Shown: positions 26,945 to 39,637, numbered from the stretch's first letter. The stretch is DNA of 64,000 bases from Octopus vulgaris (GCA_951406725.2 OX597819.1:78306001-78370000); one strand, 5' to 3'. Translations and numbers: made by a program. Notes: a model not told the origin generated them from the letters alone.

Positions 26945-27235
26945 GACATGGCTGTGTGGTTAAGAAGATGGCTTTGCAATCACGTGGTTTCGGGTTCAGC
27001 CTCACAGCACTGCATCTTGGGGCAAGTGTTTTCTGCTATAGCTCCAAGCCGACCAATGCGTTGTGAGTAAATTTAGTAGATGGAAACTGTGTGGAAGCCT
27101 GTCGTGTATATGTGTGTGTGTACCATTGCGTTACCCCACCCTCCCCAAAAAAACCCACCGCTTGACAATTAGTGTTGGTTTGTTTACGTTCCCGTAACCT
27201 CGCAGTTCGGCAAAAGAGTCTGATATAATAAGTGT
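26945..27235 (+). mobile_element. Family-A SINE, 3'-truncated
   Basis: Head and body match. Confidence 0.8.
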
Positions 27236-27870
27236 AATCAACCCTATTCACTCCTCGATCCTCCACTCTCATCTTTCACTCCGGTGATACGAAAGGCGCA
27301 AAGAAAGCTCTTGGTCGCTTTTGGGTTGTGCTGTGTGTGTGTGAGTGTATGTGTGTGTGTGTGTGTAATTACATATATGTTATTGTAGTTTAGGTCGAGG
27401 TAGACTTTGATGAAAGCCATCTATGATCAAAATAATCCAACCGTGACCACATCATCAGAATAATCAAACTGTGACCACGCTGCCGTTGTTTATTCTTTCC
27501 CCATACAGTGAATCTGCGATAATGTTATAATCTAAAGCATCCATCCCTTTATTTTATTAAGACAGTAGGTTTATAGTGTGAAAGAGTTCCAGCTGCTGTT
27601 TTTAGCAGATCAAGCAAACAGGTGGAGGAGGAGTTGTCGTGATTCCATCTGTATACATACATATACATACATAATACATACATACATACATACACATACA
27701 TGCACATACACGCACACACACACTCACACACTCGTGCGCGCGCGTACACACTGGCACACACACACACACACACACGGGGTCATCATGGCTTAGCAGGCCG
27801 AAACTTTGCAGTCACTGTCAGTACTAGTCTTCTTAAAGAATTACACGCGCACGCGCCCACACACATATGC

Positions 27871-27907
<37 letters not shown>

Positions 27908-27979
27908 ACAGTATCGTTGCAAATATGTATGTATGTGTGCATGATAGTATATATATATATATATATATGTATGAATGTA

Positions 27980-28479
27980 CCGTAAATCCTCGAGTATAAT
28001 CCGCATTTTTTCCCCAAAATTTAAAGGTCAAAATCCCTAGTGCGTACTATATACGAGGTTAAAAATGAAAATTATTTTCTAAGCAATGTCCCAGTCTCTA
28101 TTTGCTTTTCGGCAATGTTTATTCAGACGCATTTTGTGATATCGGGCGCGAAAATACCTTAAGCTAAGCCTGAAAGCAATGAAGTCATAAAAAAATCAGT
28201 AAGCAACATTTATTAAACGTTATTACTGTTATTTCTTTATTTTCTGCAAACAAAATGCACAAGAAAAGCTACACGTTTGCATTATGTTATATATACAATA
28301 ATAATAAAGGACATTACCGTATACATTTTTACAAACCAAGGACGTTATATAAACCTCCTTGACTCTAGTTAGAGAAGCGGTGCGTATTATAGACAAGGTT
28401 TAGGTTTTTCAGAGGTACAGCCCCTTAAAAATCCCCTGCGTATTATACTCAAGGGCGGACTATACTCGAGGATTTACGA
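27980..28479. mobile_element. Tc1/mariner-superfamily (Tc2/pogo-like) MITE
   Basis: TIRs CCGTAAATCCTCGAGTATAATCCGC and GCGGACTATACTCGAGGATTTACGA, flanked by TA on both sides, with subterminal TGCGTATTATA repeats. Confidence 0.88.
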
Positions 28480-29098
28480 TATGTATGCAGGTTGTGTGTA
28501 TGTGCGTGTGTGTGCGCACGCGTGTGTGTGTGTGCATTTGAATGTGTGAGCGAATAAGCGTATGTATGTGTATGTGTGCGACGATATATATTGTGTGCGC
28601 GTGTGTACGGTTGCATAAGTATTCAACGCGGGTGTATTTGTATATGTGTCTGTATGAGCGACTCCGCTGCATGTCTCTGTACAGTTAGTTATGTACGACG
28701 AGCGCGCGCGCGCGCGCGTGTGTGTATGTGTGTGCGAGTGCACGTCCTTTTTTGCCATTCGCAGTTTCTCCACCGAAATTCCCCAAGCAGAAGACCACCA
28801 CCACCACCACCGCCGCCGCCACTAACATTATTATAATCATCATCATCATCATCACCATTATTTTGAATCATCATCACCATCACCATCATCATCAACATCA
28901 TCGTCGTCACCACCACCGCCGCCACTATCATCATCATCATCATCATCACCACCACCACCATTATTTTGAATCATCATCATCACCATCATCATCAACATCA
29001 TCGTCGTCGTCGACAACCATCAAAAGAGATGGAGAGCTGTCACAGAACAGAGTTATGTATTTTCAGACCATTGTGTGTGAAGTAGGTAACGACAACTG

Positions 29099-29129
<31 letters not shown>

Positions 29130-29289
29130 ACGTGTAAACAGATGTGCCAACATCAGCAGAAATAACGCTAGCTGCTGCAGATTATTGCATAAAAAGCAAC
29201 AACAACAGCAATAACAACAACAACAACTAATATCAACAAACGCAAACAATATTACAGCTTTAATTATTACTCAAGTGGCGATTGTGTTG

Positions 29290-29334
<45 letters not shown>

Positions 29335-29573
29335 TAATCTTCCTCTCTTTGTTTATCTCCGTCTCTTTCTGCTCTCTCTCTCTCTCTCTCGCTTTTATCT
29401 CAATGTGAGTGCTCGTAGTGTTGCTGCTGTTGTTGTTGTTGAAGTTATTGATATTGTCGTTGAGACTTTTTGGAGTGTATTCTCGACACCGTTGCTCAAT
29501 TGGTTTAGTTAAACGATTGACGTCTCGCACTCGCAAGTGAATTTACGCCCCTCTCTCACTCTATACACACACA

Positions 29574-29615
<42 letters not shown>

Positions 29616-29702
29616 TATATATATATACACACACACACACATATATATATACACACACACACACATATATATATACACACACACACACACATATATATAT
29701 AT

Positions 29703-29749
<47 letters not shown>

Positions 29750-29902
29750 TATATATGTATGTATTTATGTATGTATGTATATATGTATGTATATAAATTT
29801 CTCTTCCGCCAGCACTATTTCAGAACCGTTGTTGGTTTGGTTGCGTCTCCGCAAGTGTTGGCGTTTCGGTGAAAGTGACCAAAAGAGTAAGTAAATGACT
29901 TT

Positions 29903-29986
<84 letters not shown>

Positions 29987-30599
29987 GAGAGGAGGGGTCG
30001 ATTTGTTCGACTAAACACTTTAAGACGGTATCCCCAGTTTGGCCAGAACCCAATGACAGAAACATGTTGCGTGGATGTAAATAAATTAACACCGGTTCTC
30101 AAGCGGTGGTGAGAAGAATATCCATAAACACACACACACACGTATATATACGACGGGCTTCCACACAGTTTCCGCCAACCAAATTGGCTCACAAGGCATT
30201 CATCAGCCCGGGTGTATAATAAAAGAACCTTGCCCAAAGTGTTGCACAGCGGAACTGAACCCGGAACCATGAGGGTGCAATATTATCGATGTCATACTTT
30301 TAACGTCATTCCATTCATCTTCGTGTTCAGAGTTCAAATTCCGCCGAGGTCGACGTTACCTTTCATCCTTTCGGGGTCAATAATATAAGTACCAGTCAAG
30401 TACTGGGGTCGATGTACAACTTTTCTCCTCCCCCGCTTCAAATTGCTGGCCTTGTGCCAAAATTAGAAATACTCATCATCATCATCATCATCATCATCCT
30501 TATACACACCTGACCTGTTCAGAGGCGTTTTCAGATCGCTCATCGGGACTCTGAATTCTAACAAGTTGAAATTCTGTGAAGGAATGATTTTATTGTTCT

Positions 30600-31560
30600 A
30601 TATTTTCTAGATGAGGAATTATGTACATTATTTACATTGGACATTTCGGTTGATGTAGTCTCCAGCCTTCATCAGGTGTCCTGATGGAATTTCGAACTCA
30701 ACCCGTTATTTGACTAATAAGGTACTCTGTTCTCATTCCCAGGGTATTTTTTGCTGATATTATTATTACTTATTCAAGTCACTAAAGCGGCGAGCTGGGA
30801 GAAACGTTAGCACGCCGGGCAAAATGCTTAGCGGTATTTCGTCTGCCGTTACTTTCTGAGTTCAAATTCCGCCGAGGTCGACTTTGCCTTTCATCTTTTC
30901 GGGGTCGATAAATTAAATACCAGTTACGAACTGGGGTCGATCTCATCGACTTGATCCGTTGGTCTGTCCTTGTTTGTCCTCTCTGTGTTTAGCCCGTTGT
31001 GGGTAGTAAAGAAATATGTATTTAGTCTGTTTTCGTGTTCTGAGTTCAAATTCCGCCGAAGTCGACTTTGCCTTTCATCCTTTCGGGGTCGATAAATAAA
31101 GTACCAGTTACGAACTGGGGTCGATATAATCGACTTGATCCATTTGTCTGTCCTTGTTTGTCCTCTCTGTGTTTAGCCCCTTGTGGGTAGTAAAGAAATA
31201 GAAATAGGTATTTCGTCTGTCTTTATGTTCTGAGTTCAAATTCCGCTAAAGTCGACTTTGCCTTTCATCCTTTCGAGGTCGATTAAATAAGTACCAGTTA
31301 CGCACTGGGGTCGATCTAATTGATTTAATCCTTTCCCCCAAATTCGAAGCCTTGAGCTTCCAGTAGAAAGGATTATTTATTCAGGTCACTGACTTGAATA
31401 GATAATAATAACATCAGCAAAAAAAAAAAAAAATTCCTTAGGAATGAGAACAGAGTACCCCATTAATCAAATAAAGGGTTGGGTTCGAAATTCCACCAGG
31501 ACACCTGATGAAGACTGGAGAGTACACCAGCTGAAACGTTGTGGTAACAACAATGAAGAA
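30600..31560. repeat. Fold-back pair of hammerhead-bearing elements split by a SINE-B array
   Basis: Arms about 30644-30781 and 31390-31540 are inverted copies, each with GGACAC CTGATGA..GAAA. Confidence 0.8.
30784..31377 (+). mobile_element. Tandem trimer of family-B SINE bounded by one TSD
   Basis: TATTCA(A/G)GTCACT at 30771-30783 and 31378-31390. One full unit is followed by two units lacking the first ~50 bp. Confidence 0.85.
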
Positions 31561-32069
31561 TGATTCTGTTGCAGTTAATTTCAAAAAAGGTAGTTAGAAT
31601 TTTACCCATACAGAGTTGAAACGAAAATATAAATTTCTGTTGTGAGATAAATTTTATTTTACTTTTTACCTATTTCGTCAACACGCACGTATAGCATGCC
31701 GACGAGAAACGCCCATCAAATTAAAATGCATGTAAGCGAGCGTGTTTCCATGGTATTAAACGCAAAAAGCTCGCCAAAACAATTTGTGGTACAATCACAC
31801 ACTGCAGAGAGACGATATATTATTGACTTTTCTGCGATGAACAGTGCTATTGACTGTGTGTTCTTAAGCGAGGTGTTTAGTGGAGTCATATGCGCGGGCG
31901 TGCACACTCACAGACACACGTACACACAAAATGTGTCAAATGAAAGTAACAATGCAAATTTGAAGGGAAGATTATGTCCACTTTTCTGTAAGCGTAACTT
32001 GCAACAAATGAGCTTTAGACATGGAAACCTTTAGACGAAAGAAAGACTACACTGAAACACTGTGCGTTG

Positions 32070-32378
32070 GAAAAACGTGCTAACCACTCTGCCAGCTCGC
32101 CGCCTTCTTATTAACAACAACAACAATAATAATAATAATAATAATAATAATGGTTTCAAATTTTGCCACAAGGGCAGCAATTTTGGAGAAGGGGATGAGT
32201 CGATTGCATCGATCCCCAGTGTTTCACTGGTACTTATTTTATCGGCCCCGAAAGGATGAAAGGTAAAGTCGACCTCGGCGGAATTTGAACTCAGAACGTA
32301 CCAACGGGCAAAATACCGCTAAATATTTCGTACAGCGCGCTAATGATTCTGCCAGCTTGTCGCCATATATTAATAAAG

Positions 32379-32436
<58 letters not shown>

Positions 32437-32642
32437 CTTTTCTACTCTAGGCACTGAAAGTTGGGGGAGGGGGATAGTCGATTACATCGATCTCCAGTAC
32501 TCAACTGGTACTTAATTTATCGACCCCGAAAGGATGAAAGGCAAAGTCGACCTCGGCGGAATTTGAACCCAGAACGTGAAGTCGAGCAAAATACTGCAAA
32601 GCACTTCAACAGGCGTGCTAACGATTATGCCAGCTCGCCGTC

Positions 32643-32686
<44 letters not shown>

Positions 32687-32810
32687 CCTTTCTACTATAG
32701 GCACAATGTCAGAAAGTTGGTTACATCTATCCCCTGCTCCGCTGTTACTAATTTTATCATTACTGAAAGGACGAATGGTAAAGTTGACCTCGGCAGTATT
32801 TGAACTCTGG
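32070..32810 (-). mobile_element. Array of about 4 family-B SINE copies separated by (AAT)n
   Basis: Reverse-complement cores separated by long (AAT)n tails. Confidence 0.88.
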
Positions 32811-33541
32811 AGGAAAGATAAAAAAAATAAAAAAATTACGAAAATCACGTTTTTTTTTCCAAATAACAATTTCATTTGCTAAAACTCCAAAAACATTCTC
32901 ACCATAGTTGTTAAAGAAATAGAAATTTGAGTGCGGCAAAACCAAAAATCAATATGCCACGCCCTCCAATTAAATCAACACTAACTTAAAACTGTGATGG
33001 CAGTCACGGAAGGAGTAGGGTGTTAGAGACCCCTAAAGGCAGGATTCATAAATAATGATTTTAGAGCTCAAACGATTAATCAAGGGTCGATTCTGCAATA
33101 CGACCCGTAAACAAACGGATCGTTAACGGGCCGCTCAGAAATCGGAATAACACAAAGCAGAAAAAGATAAGCGCTTAACTGTTGTTGATGTTGTTGTTGC
33201 TTAACCGCGAGTCAATCCTGACCTGATATTAAAGACATTCGAATTTCGATCCTCTTGTCTTTCTCACAAACACTGTATCAAAGATCACACTTTCCAATCT
33301 GTTCACACAATTTTTTTCTTTTTTCTTTTCTTTTCTTTTTTGTTTGTTGATATGGTAGGTGCTGGGGCGGTGTTGTTAAGAATTTCGTTCTGCAACCATG
33401 TGATCTCAGTTTCAGTCCTACTACGCGGCATTATTACCAAGTGTAGTCTACTATGGCCCGTAGTGCGTATGTGTGTTTGGTATATATGTATATATATATG
33501 AATAAAAAATGGAGTTAACGCAGGTGCAATCAAATATTTTT

Positions 33542-33627
33542 ACTTTCGACACATGTTTCGAAAATTCCACTGATACTATTCAAAAGAATAAATGGTATAA
33601 ACAATGCAATCTTCTCCTCAGGAAAGT
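33542..33627 (-). ncRNA. Type I hammerhead ribozyme (Penelope-type) with intact core
   Basis: Minus strand reads ACTTTC CTGAGGA GAAGATT...AATTTTC GAAA CATGT GTC GAAAGT. Stem I is 6 bp perfect, stem II is extended, stem III is short and palindromic, cleavage triplet GUC. Confidence 0.75.
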
Positions 33628-33664
33628 GAAAAAAACGAAACACACACAAGGTAAAAATACACTC

Positions 33665-33737
<73 letters not shown>

Positions 33738-33739
33738 TA

Positions 33740-33882
33740 ATACAAAAAAGGGACAAGAACGCAAAACATCCAGACAGGCGATACAAGGAAAACAAGGACG
33801 GATCATTCGGAGTTTTCTATCCTCAGTCGAGTTCCAGATTATCTTTGCAATTTCTGCTGGTTGTACTCGAGATTGCTCCAAC
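33740..33882. mobile_element. Short dispersed repeat, related copy at 45455-45580
   Basis: Shared GGGACAAGAACGCAAAACAT..GATACAA..GGACGG..CATTCG..TCAGTC..GCAATTTC, both copies beside microsatellites. Confidence 0.65.
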
Positions 33883-35016
33883 ACACACACACACACTCGC
33901 ATAGTTTGTCTGTATGTTTGTTCTCCTGCTCACTTATGGAATCGTAAATAAACCAACCGGTGTTTATGTCCCCATAAGTAAGCAATGTGGCAAAATGTGG
34001 GGTGGTGGTAGAAAGATCTGGGAAGGGATGTTGAAAAACAGTGGGGTGATAATGGAGTGACCAAAAGTGGGTAATGGATGTAAATAAAAAAAACAACAGA
34101 ATAATGGATGAATTAGATTAAGAGTTTTATTTTGTGAAATACAGTTGTTTTAAATTTGCCGCAGAAAGTGGTTAGGGTTAGAAATCAGAACGTAACGGCA
34201 GACGAAATACCTATTTCTTTACTACCCACAAGGGGCTAAACAGAAAGGAGACAAACAAGGACAGACAGACGGATTAAGTCGATTATATCGACCCCAGTGC
34301 GTAACTGGTACTTAATTTGTGGTGGGGGGGGGGGGGGTGTTGCTAGGAATCGGGCCCTAGATACCAAGGGAGCGGCAGCCTGAAAAAAAGTTTGAAAACC
34401 ACTGGTCTGGTTTATCGAGAGCATTTGAAAACTCATCGTCAAAGCCGACAAAGATCTACAAGAAGAAAATAGCGTTCATTATCTGCCAGTCTGATAAGAA
34501 CACACAATACTTCTCTCTATAGGACTAACGTAGTCTGAACTCAAAGCAGAACTGCGTTGGAATTAGTGTATAAGAAAATAAAATAAAATATATATGCGTG
34601 TACGTGTATGTATGTATGTATAATATATATATATGTTGCGTGTTGTTTACTGCTAAACAGTACACTAATCGTAAGTCAAAAGATTATTGCACTTTGTGAA
34701 GGTTAAGTTAAATATTACTCACATTTCAAAGACCGTATATCAGATGTTGTAGATGCTGACAAGTTCTGTAAGATATATTTTATTACGTAAATTGACGTAA
34801 AAGACAACTTTTGGTTTATCGCTAGTGTCTGCGAGATAGATACGATCTTTCCTTCTTATTATAAAAGTATAAAGGAAAGAGTAATTTGTAGTCTGCGTCT
34901 GAAGTCTTGACGCTTGTTAATTTACGTGACAAAAATGCTATAACAATGACTTAACGAAGATATTTCATAGATCGCAAGAGAAAATTTGTCTACAAACTAC
35001 TCATAAACACACATAT

Positions 35017-35150
35017 ACAAGGGGCTGTAAAAACTTCCTGGCTTCGGGTAAAAGCAAATATAGGAGGATCACTTAGTTAATTATGATTTTATTCAACATA
35101 TTTCCCTTTCAGATTCATACTCTTATTGTAGCGGTCTTTCAGTTTTTTCT
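35017..35150. mobile_element. Mariner-like terminal fragment
   Basis: TA-CAAGGGGCTGTAAAAACTTCC end and TTTATTCAACATATTTCCCTTTCAGATTCATAC subterminal sequence resembling mariner ends. Confidence 0.5.
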
Positions 35151-35151
35151 A

Positions 35152-35838
35152 TAGGCGTAGGAGTGGCTGTGTGGTAAGTAGCTTGCTTACCAACCACATG
35201 GTTCCGGGTTCAGTCCCACTGCGTGGCCCCTTGGGCAAGTGTCTTCTACAATAGCCTCGGGCCGACCAAAGCCTTGTGAGTGGATTTGGTAGACGGAAAC
35301 TGAAAGAAGCCCGTCGTGTATATATATATATATGTATATATATGTGTGTGTGTTTGTATCTCTGTGTTTCATCCCCCCTCCCAACATCGCTTGACAACCT
35401 AGGCTGGTGTATTTACGTCCCCGTAACTTAGCGGTTCGGCAAAAATGACCGATAGAATAAGTACTAGGCTTACAAAGAATAAGTCCTAGGGTCGATTTCC
35501 AGGGTGCTCCAGCATGGCCGCAGTCAAATGACTGAAACAAGTAAATCGACCCCAAGACTTATTTTTTAAGCCTAGTACTTATATCTTCCGTCTCTTTTGC
35601 CGACCCGCTAAGCTACGGGAACGTAAACACATCAACACCAGTTTTCAAATGGTGATAGGGGAGGAGGACAGACACAAAGACACACGCACGCACACACGAC
35701 GGGCTTCTTTCAGTTTTTATCTAACCAAATCCACTCACAAGGCTTTGGACGGCCCTATAGTAGAAGACACTTACCCAAGGTGCCACACTGTGAGACTGAA
35801 CTCGGAACCATGTGGTCGGCAAGCAAGATTCTTCCCAC

Positions 35839-35841
<3 letters not shown>
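35152..35841. mobile_element. Tail-to-tail inverted pair of family-A SINEs
   Basis: Plus copy 35152-35545 directly abuts a minus copy 35543-35841. Confidence 0.9.
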
Positions 35842-35910
<69 letters not shown>

Positions 35911-36244
35911 ATACATAAGCATCTGTGTATGATGTTGTAAGGGACTAAGACGTAGCAAAAACGCGTTAATGTAGACACGCACGCACACACGTATGTATGT
36001 ATGTATGTATGTACGTACGTATGTGTATGTATGTGAATGGTTGGGGAGATGGGGTGGTAAGCAGAGTGTGGCAGGTGTTCCATAAAAATGAATCATCTCA
36101 GGTGAGAGGGAGACCGTGTCATAGAATCTCAAGTTGGCGTGACACTTGTCCGTCTCGCACCGTGACCGAGTAATTTATTTTTACCGTACACTATACACTT
36201 GCACGCACGCACACACGCACAAGTACACACACACACATACATAT

Positions 36245-36277
<33 letters not shown>

Positions 36278-36927
36278 AAGGCGTGGCGATGTGGTAGGGA
36301 AGCATGACGTTTTAGGTTCAGTCTCCTGCGCGGAACCCAGAATAGTGTCTTCCTCTATAACCCCGGGCCGATCAAAGCCTTGTGTATGTGAATTCGACAG
36401 ACGACGGAAACTGAAAGAAGCTCATTGTATATATATATAGATATGTGTGTGTGTGTGTGCATGTGAGTTGTGGGTGTTTTTATGTGTGCTTTATGGTTGT
36501 CTCCCACCATCATTTGACAACCCGTGCTGGTTTGTTTATGTCCCCATAACCAAGCGGTTCGGCGAAATGTACCGATACACTAAGTACCGGCGTATGAAAA
36601 AAAAAGAAAAAGGTACCAATGGGTCCCTTTGTTTCCTGTTTTACTCAGATGACTCCCTCCATGCCATTCGATGTTTAAAAAATCATATTATACTTTTGTA
36701 ATTAAATATTATTAGGAATTGTATTTTTAAAAAATCTATCATAATAATACTCTTGTGTTTTTCTCCGGCACAACATATGAATGAGAAAGGAAGGGGTGAT
36801 GGCAAACTGGTAGTGTGAGCGTTTCAACTGTGTGAGTGTGTGTGTGTGTGTGCAATGGAAGTGGGATGGTGAACATTCAACGCTGAAAAGAAAAATCAAA
36901 CAGCGTTTCAGCTCTTTGTATTTGATT

Positions 36928-37247
36928 TGGTATTTACTTGCCAGCTCCCGTATTTATGTTGCCTTGAGTCGTGCAAGAAGGAAGGAAAACTTTAAAATTC
37001 TTTTGAAGGAAACAAGCAGTCAAGGCTCCCGTATTTATGTGGCCTTAAGTCGTACAAGAAGGAAAGAAAACTTTAAAATTCTTTTGAAGGAAACAAGCAG
37101 TCAAGGAACGTTAGTTACGGATAAATTTTTCACACAAAAAAAAATTTGTAATAAAAAAATGATTTAACTAAAAACTTGGTTTTGTACCTTATTTATATAT
37201 AAAATACTACAATTAGCCGTCACTTTTGATGACACAGGACCAGCTAG
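36928..37247 (+). mobile_element. Helitron 3' remnant with Pif1-like helicase C-terminal motif
   Basis: GIYLPAPVF then frameshifted YVALSRARRKENFKILL (canonical PVFSHGQLYVALSR with a deletion). Contains an 81-bp tandem duplication and ends CTAG|T at 37244-37248 after an imperfect hairpin. Confidence 0.8.
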
Positions 37248-37261
37248 TTTGTTAAAGTATT

Positions 37262-37515
37262 GTTGAAATGACACTTTATTTCACGTTGCTCCAGTTCACT
37301 CAGCTGTAGAAATGAGTTGCGACGTCATTAGTGCCAAGCTGTATCGGCCCTTGCTTTTCCCTTGGACAACATCGGTGGCATGGAGAAGGGAGGCTGGTAT
37401 TCATGGGCGACTGCTGGCCTTCCATAAACAATCTTGATCGGACTTGTGCCTCAGAGGGAAACTTTCTAGGTGCAATCCCATAGTTATTCATGACTGAAGG
37501 GGCGGGGTTACCCTT
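37262..37515 (+). mobile_element. SINE body/tail (V-like family), related copy at 53470-53735 minus
   Basis: CACTTTATTTCACGTTGCTCCAGTTCACTCAGCTGTAGAAATG..CTAGGTGCAATCCCAT. Confidence 0.7.
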
Positions 37516-37783
37516 TTTATAACCAATTTATTGCACATAAATTTTAACAACAAAATCATATAGGAATCCCCAAGGATCATATGGATCCCAGTTGAGAACC
37601 GCTGGACTAAATTCTTTAAAGCGGTGCCCCAGCATGGCCGCAATCCAAAGACTGAGTACGTCCGTATTTGTAAATGTGATGGACGCTGGCTTGCCTCTGA
37701 AGTTAAAACTTCGCTTCGCAGTCATTAGTTCTTAGGTTTACTTCCAACACGTGGGGTCTTGGTAAATGTATTTTACTTAAGAG

Positions 37784-38103
37784 CAGGGGTTTTGAACCAT
37801 TTTTTACCTACGGACCCCTTTGAATTGCTATTATATTCCCATGGATCCCCATAGCCATTCAGTGTTTAAAAACTAATTTTATAGAAACTTCTTTCAAAAT
37901 CCCAATTTGTTTTCCACACATTAAGATGTGTAGGTTAGACGATGTAAAATGTTAGAAAAAGAAACCTGGCGGTTTCTTGCAATACATACCAATACATACA
38001 TCTAAAGCAAAACTTTTTAGGGGCCCTAAAAATACTATTGTGGATCTCCTTTTGTTGCGTGGACCCTCAAAAATCCTTTATGGACCCTGATTGAAAACCA
38101 TTG
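37784..38103. mobile_element. hAT-like MITE inserted in a decayed SINE A
   Basis: Ends CAGGGGTTTTGAACC and GATTGAAAACCATTG. TSD CTTAAGAG/CTCAAGAG. Homologous to 54741-55297. Confidence 0.8.
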
Positions 38104-38991
38104 CTCAAGAGCCTGGGTGATCTAAGACGTGTGAGTGAAATTGGGCTGATGAATATATTGCGTACAAACTCCTCGGATGAATTGTACCCGTAAATGAAAA
38201 GGTCAAGCATTATCATACATCGTAGTCACGTGTCTGTGGAATACTCCGCCACTTCCGCTATAATAAAATGATATCTCCCATCATTTCGGGGGTCGATGAA
38301 ATTAGTACCAATTGAACACGACATTGATGTAACCAGCCAGCCTCCTCCCCCCAAATTCCAGGCCTTGTGGCTATAGTAAAAAAAGAGGTTATCCAAAAAA
38401 ATAAAGATACATAACTTAGCGGTTCGGCAAAAGACAGAATAAGTACTAGGCTTACAAAGAATAAGTCCTGAGGGTCGATTTCTTTGACTAAATAAATATT
38501 TCAAGGTGGTGTGCTCCAGCATGGCCGCAGTCAAATGACTGAAACAAGTAAAATAAAATAACTAAAATAAAAAAAAATATGTCCGATCGGTTGACTATCC
38601 TGCGAGTCATAAGTTCTGCTCGATTAAAGCTGACCTGTAACTAGGAAGAAGGAGAAAAAGAAGAAAGGAAAAGAAAAGAAAAGAAAGGATAGAAACAGGC
38701 AAGTAGAAAAAAGAAAATGAAAAAAGAAAAGCAACAGGAAAAGATAAAATGGAAAACTGACAGAAGAGAAAATATAGGGGAGAGATTAAAAGGAACGATT
38801 TTGCGAACGGAAAGCAAAGAAAAATGAAAAAAAGGTACACATGAAAAAGAGCGGGGGAAAGCAGAAACGGAAAGAAGATAGCCAGACGAGCGAGTAAGCC
38901 AACAAGTAATTTGAACAATTAGTATATCGTATAGACATATCGTTGGGATAATGTTAAAAGGGATCAGCTTGTTTCTCTCACAACACACGTC

Positions 38992-39022
<31 letters not shown>

Positions 39023-39163
39023 TCAGACATAACTTAAGTTAGGGTCAGGCTTGATGTATGTGGTCTAAGACAGAAGAGATAAGGGTTTTTTTTTTTAAAA
39101 TGAAAATAAGGGGTTCACCGAGGAAAGAAACTGGCTCAAATGGATTGGAGGCGATTAAACAAA

Positions 39164-39637
39164 CCCTCGTGGGTCCGGGTGGGGGTGGGGGGTCCACTGG
39201 GACCCCCAGCAAATTTTTTAAATTATGCAACTTTTACATTTTTTATGACTTTTATTGTCAATAATTTTGAGTTAAAAATTTCCAGTCATATGAATGTTAG
39301 AGCATAAAATATGGACACTGTGGTCCAACTGGGCCCCATTGGCCTTCTGTAAAATTATTTTTTTCTGTTCTTTTTTTCAGATATTCTAATGAACTATAAG
39401 TCAATTTTCTTTGTATTTGTACTGGAATAAATTGATATATTTTTCTTTTATTCTTTTTGTTTTATTTTATATTCAGTGTCATATGTATAAAAAAAAAGTG
39501 CTAAATGTCTTGTTCTGTATCATACACTCACACATATATACAAGATTAAACAAATATTACTTTATGGATAGTGCAGAAATGCGCAAAAATAAAAGGGGAC
39601 CCCAATGGAAATTCCAACCGCACCGGCCCACGAAGGG
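39164..39637. mobile_element. piggyBac-like non-autonomous element
   Basis: Ends CCCTCGTGGGTCCGG and CCGGCCCACGAAGGG followed by TTAA. The left TTAA is degenerate. Confidence 0.65.

Noticed and set aside
31696-32034. 112-aa ORF containing YIIDFSAM, reminiscent of a WWE domain
   Set aside because: The other WWE residues are missing and the ORF runs into CA repeats, so this is likely chance.
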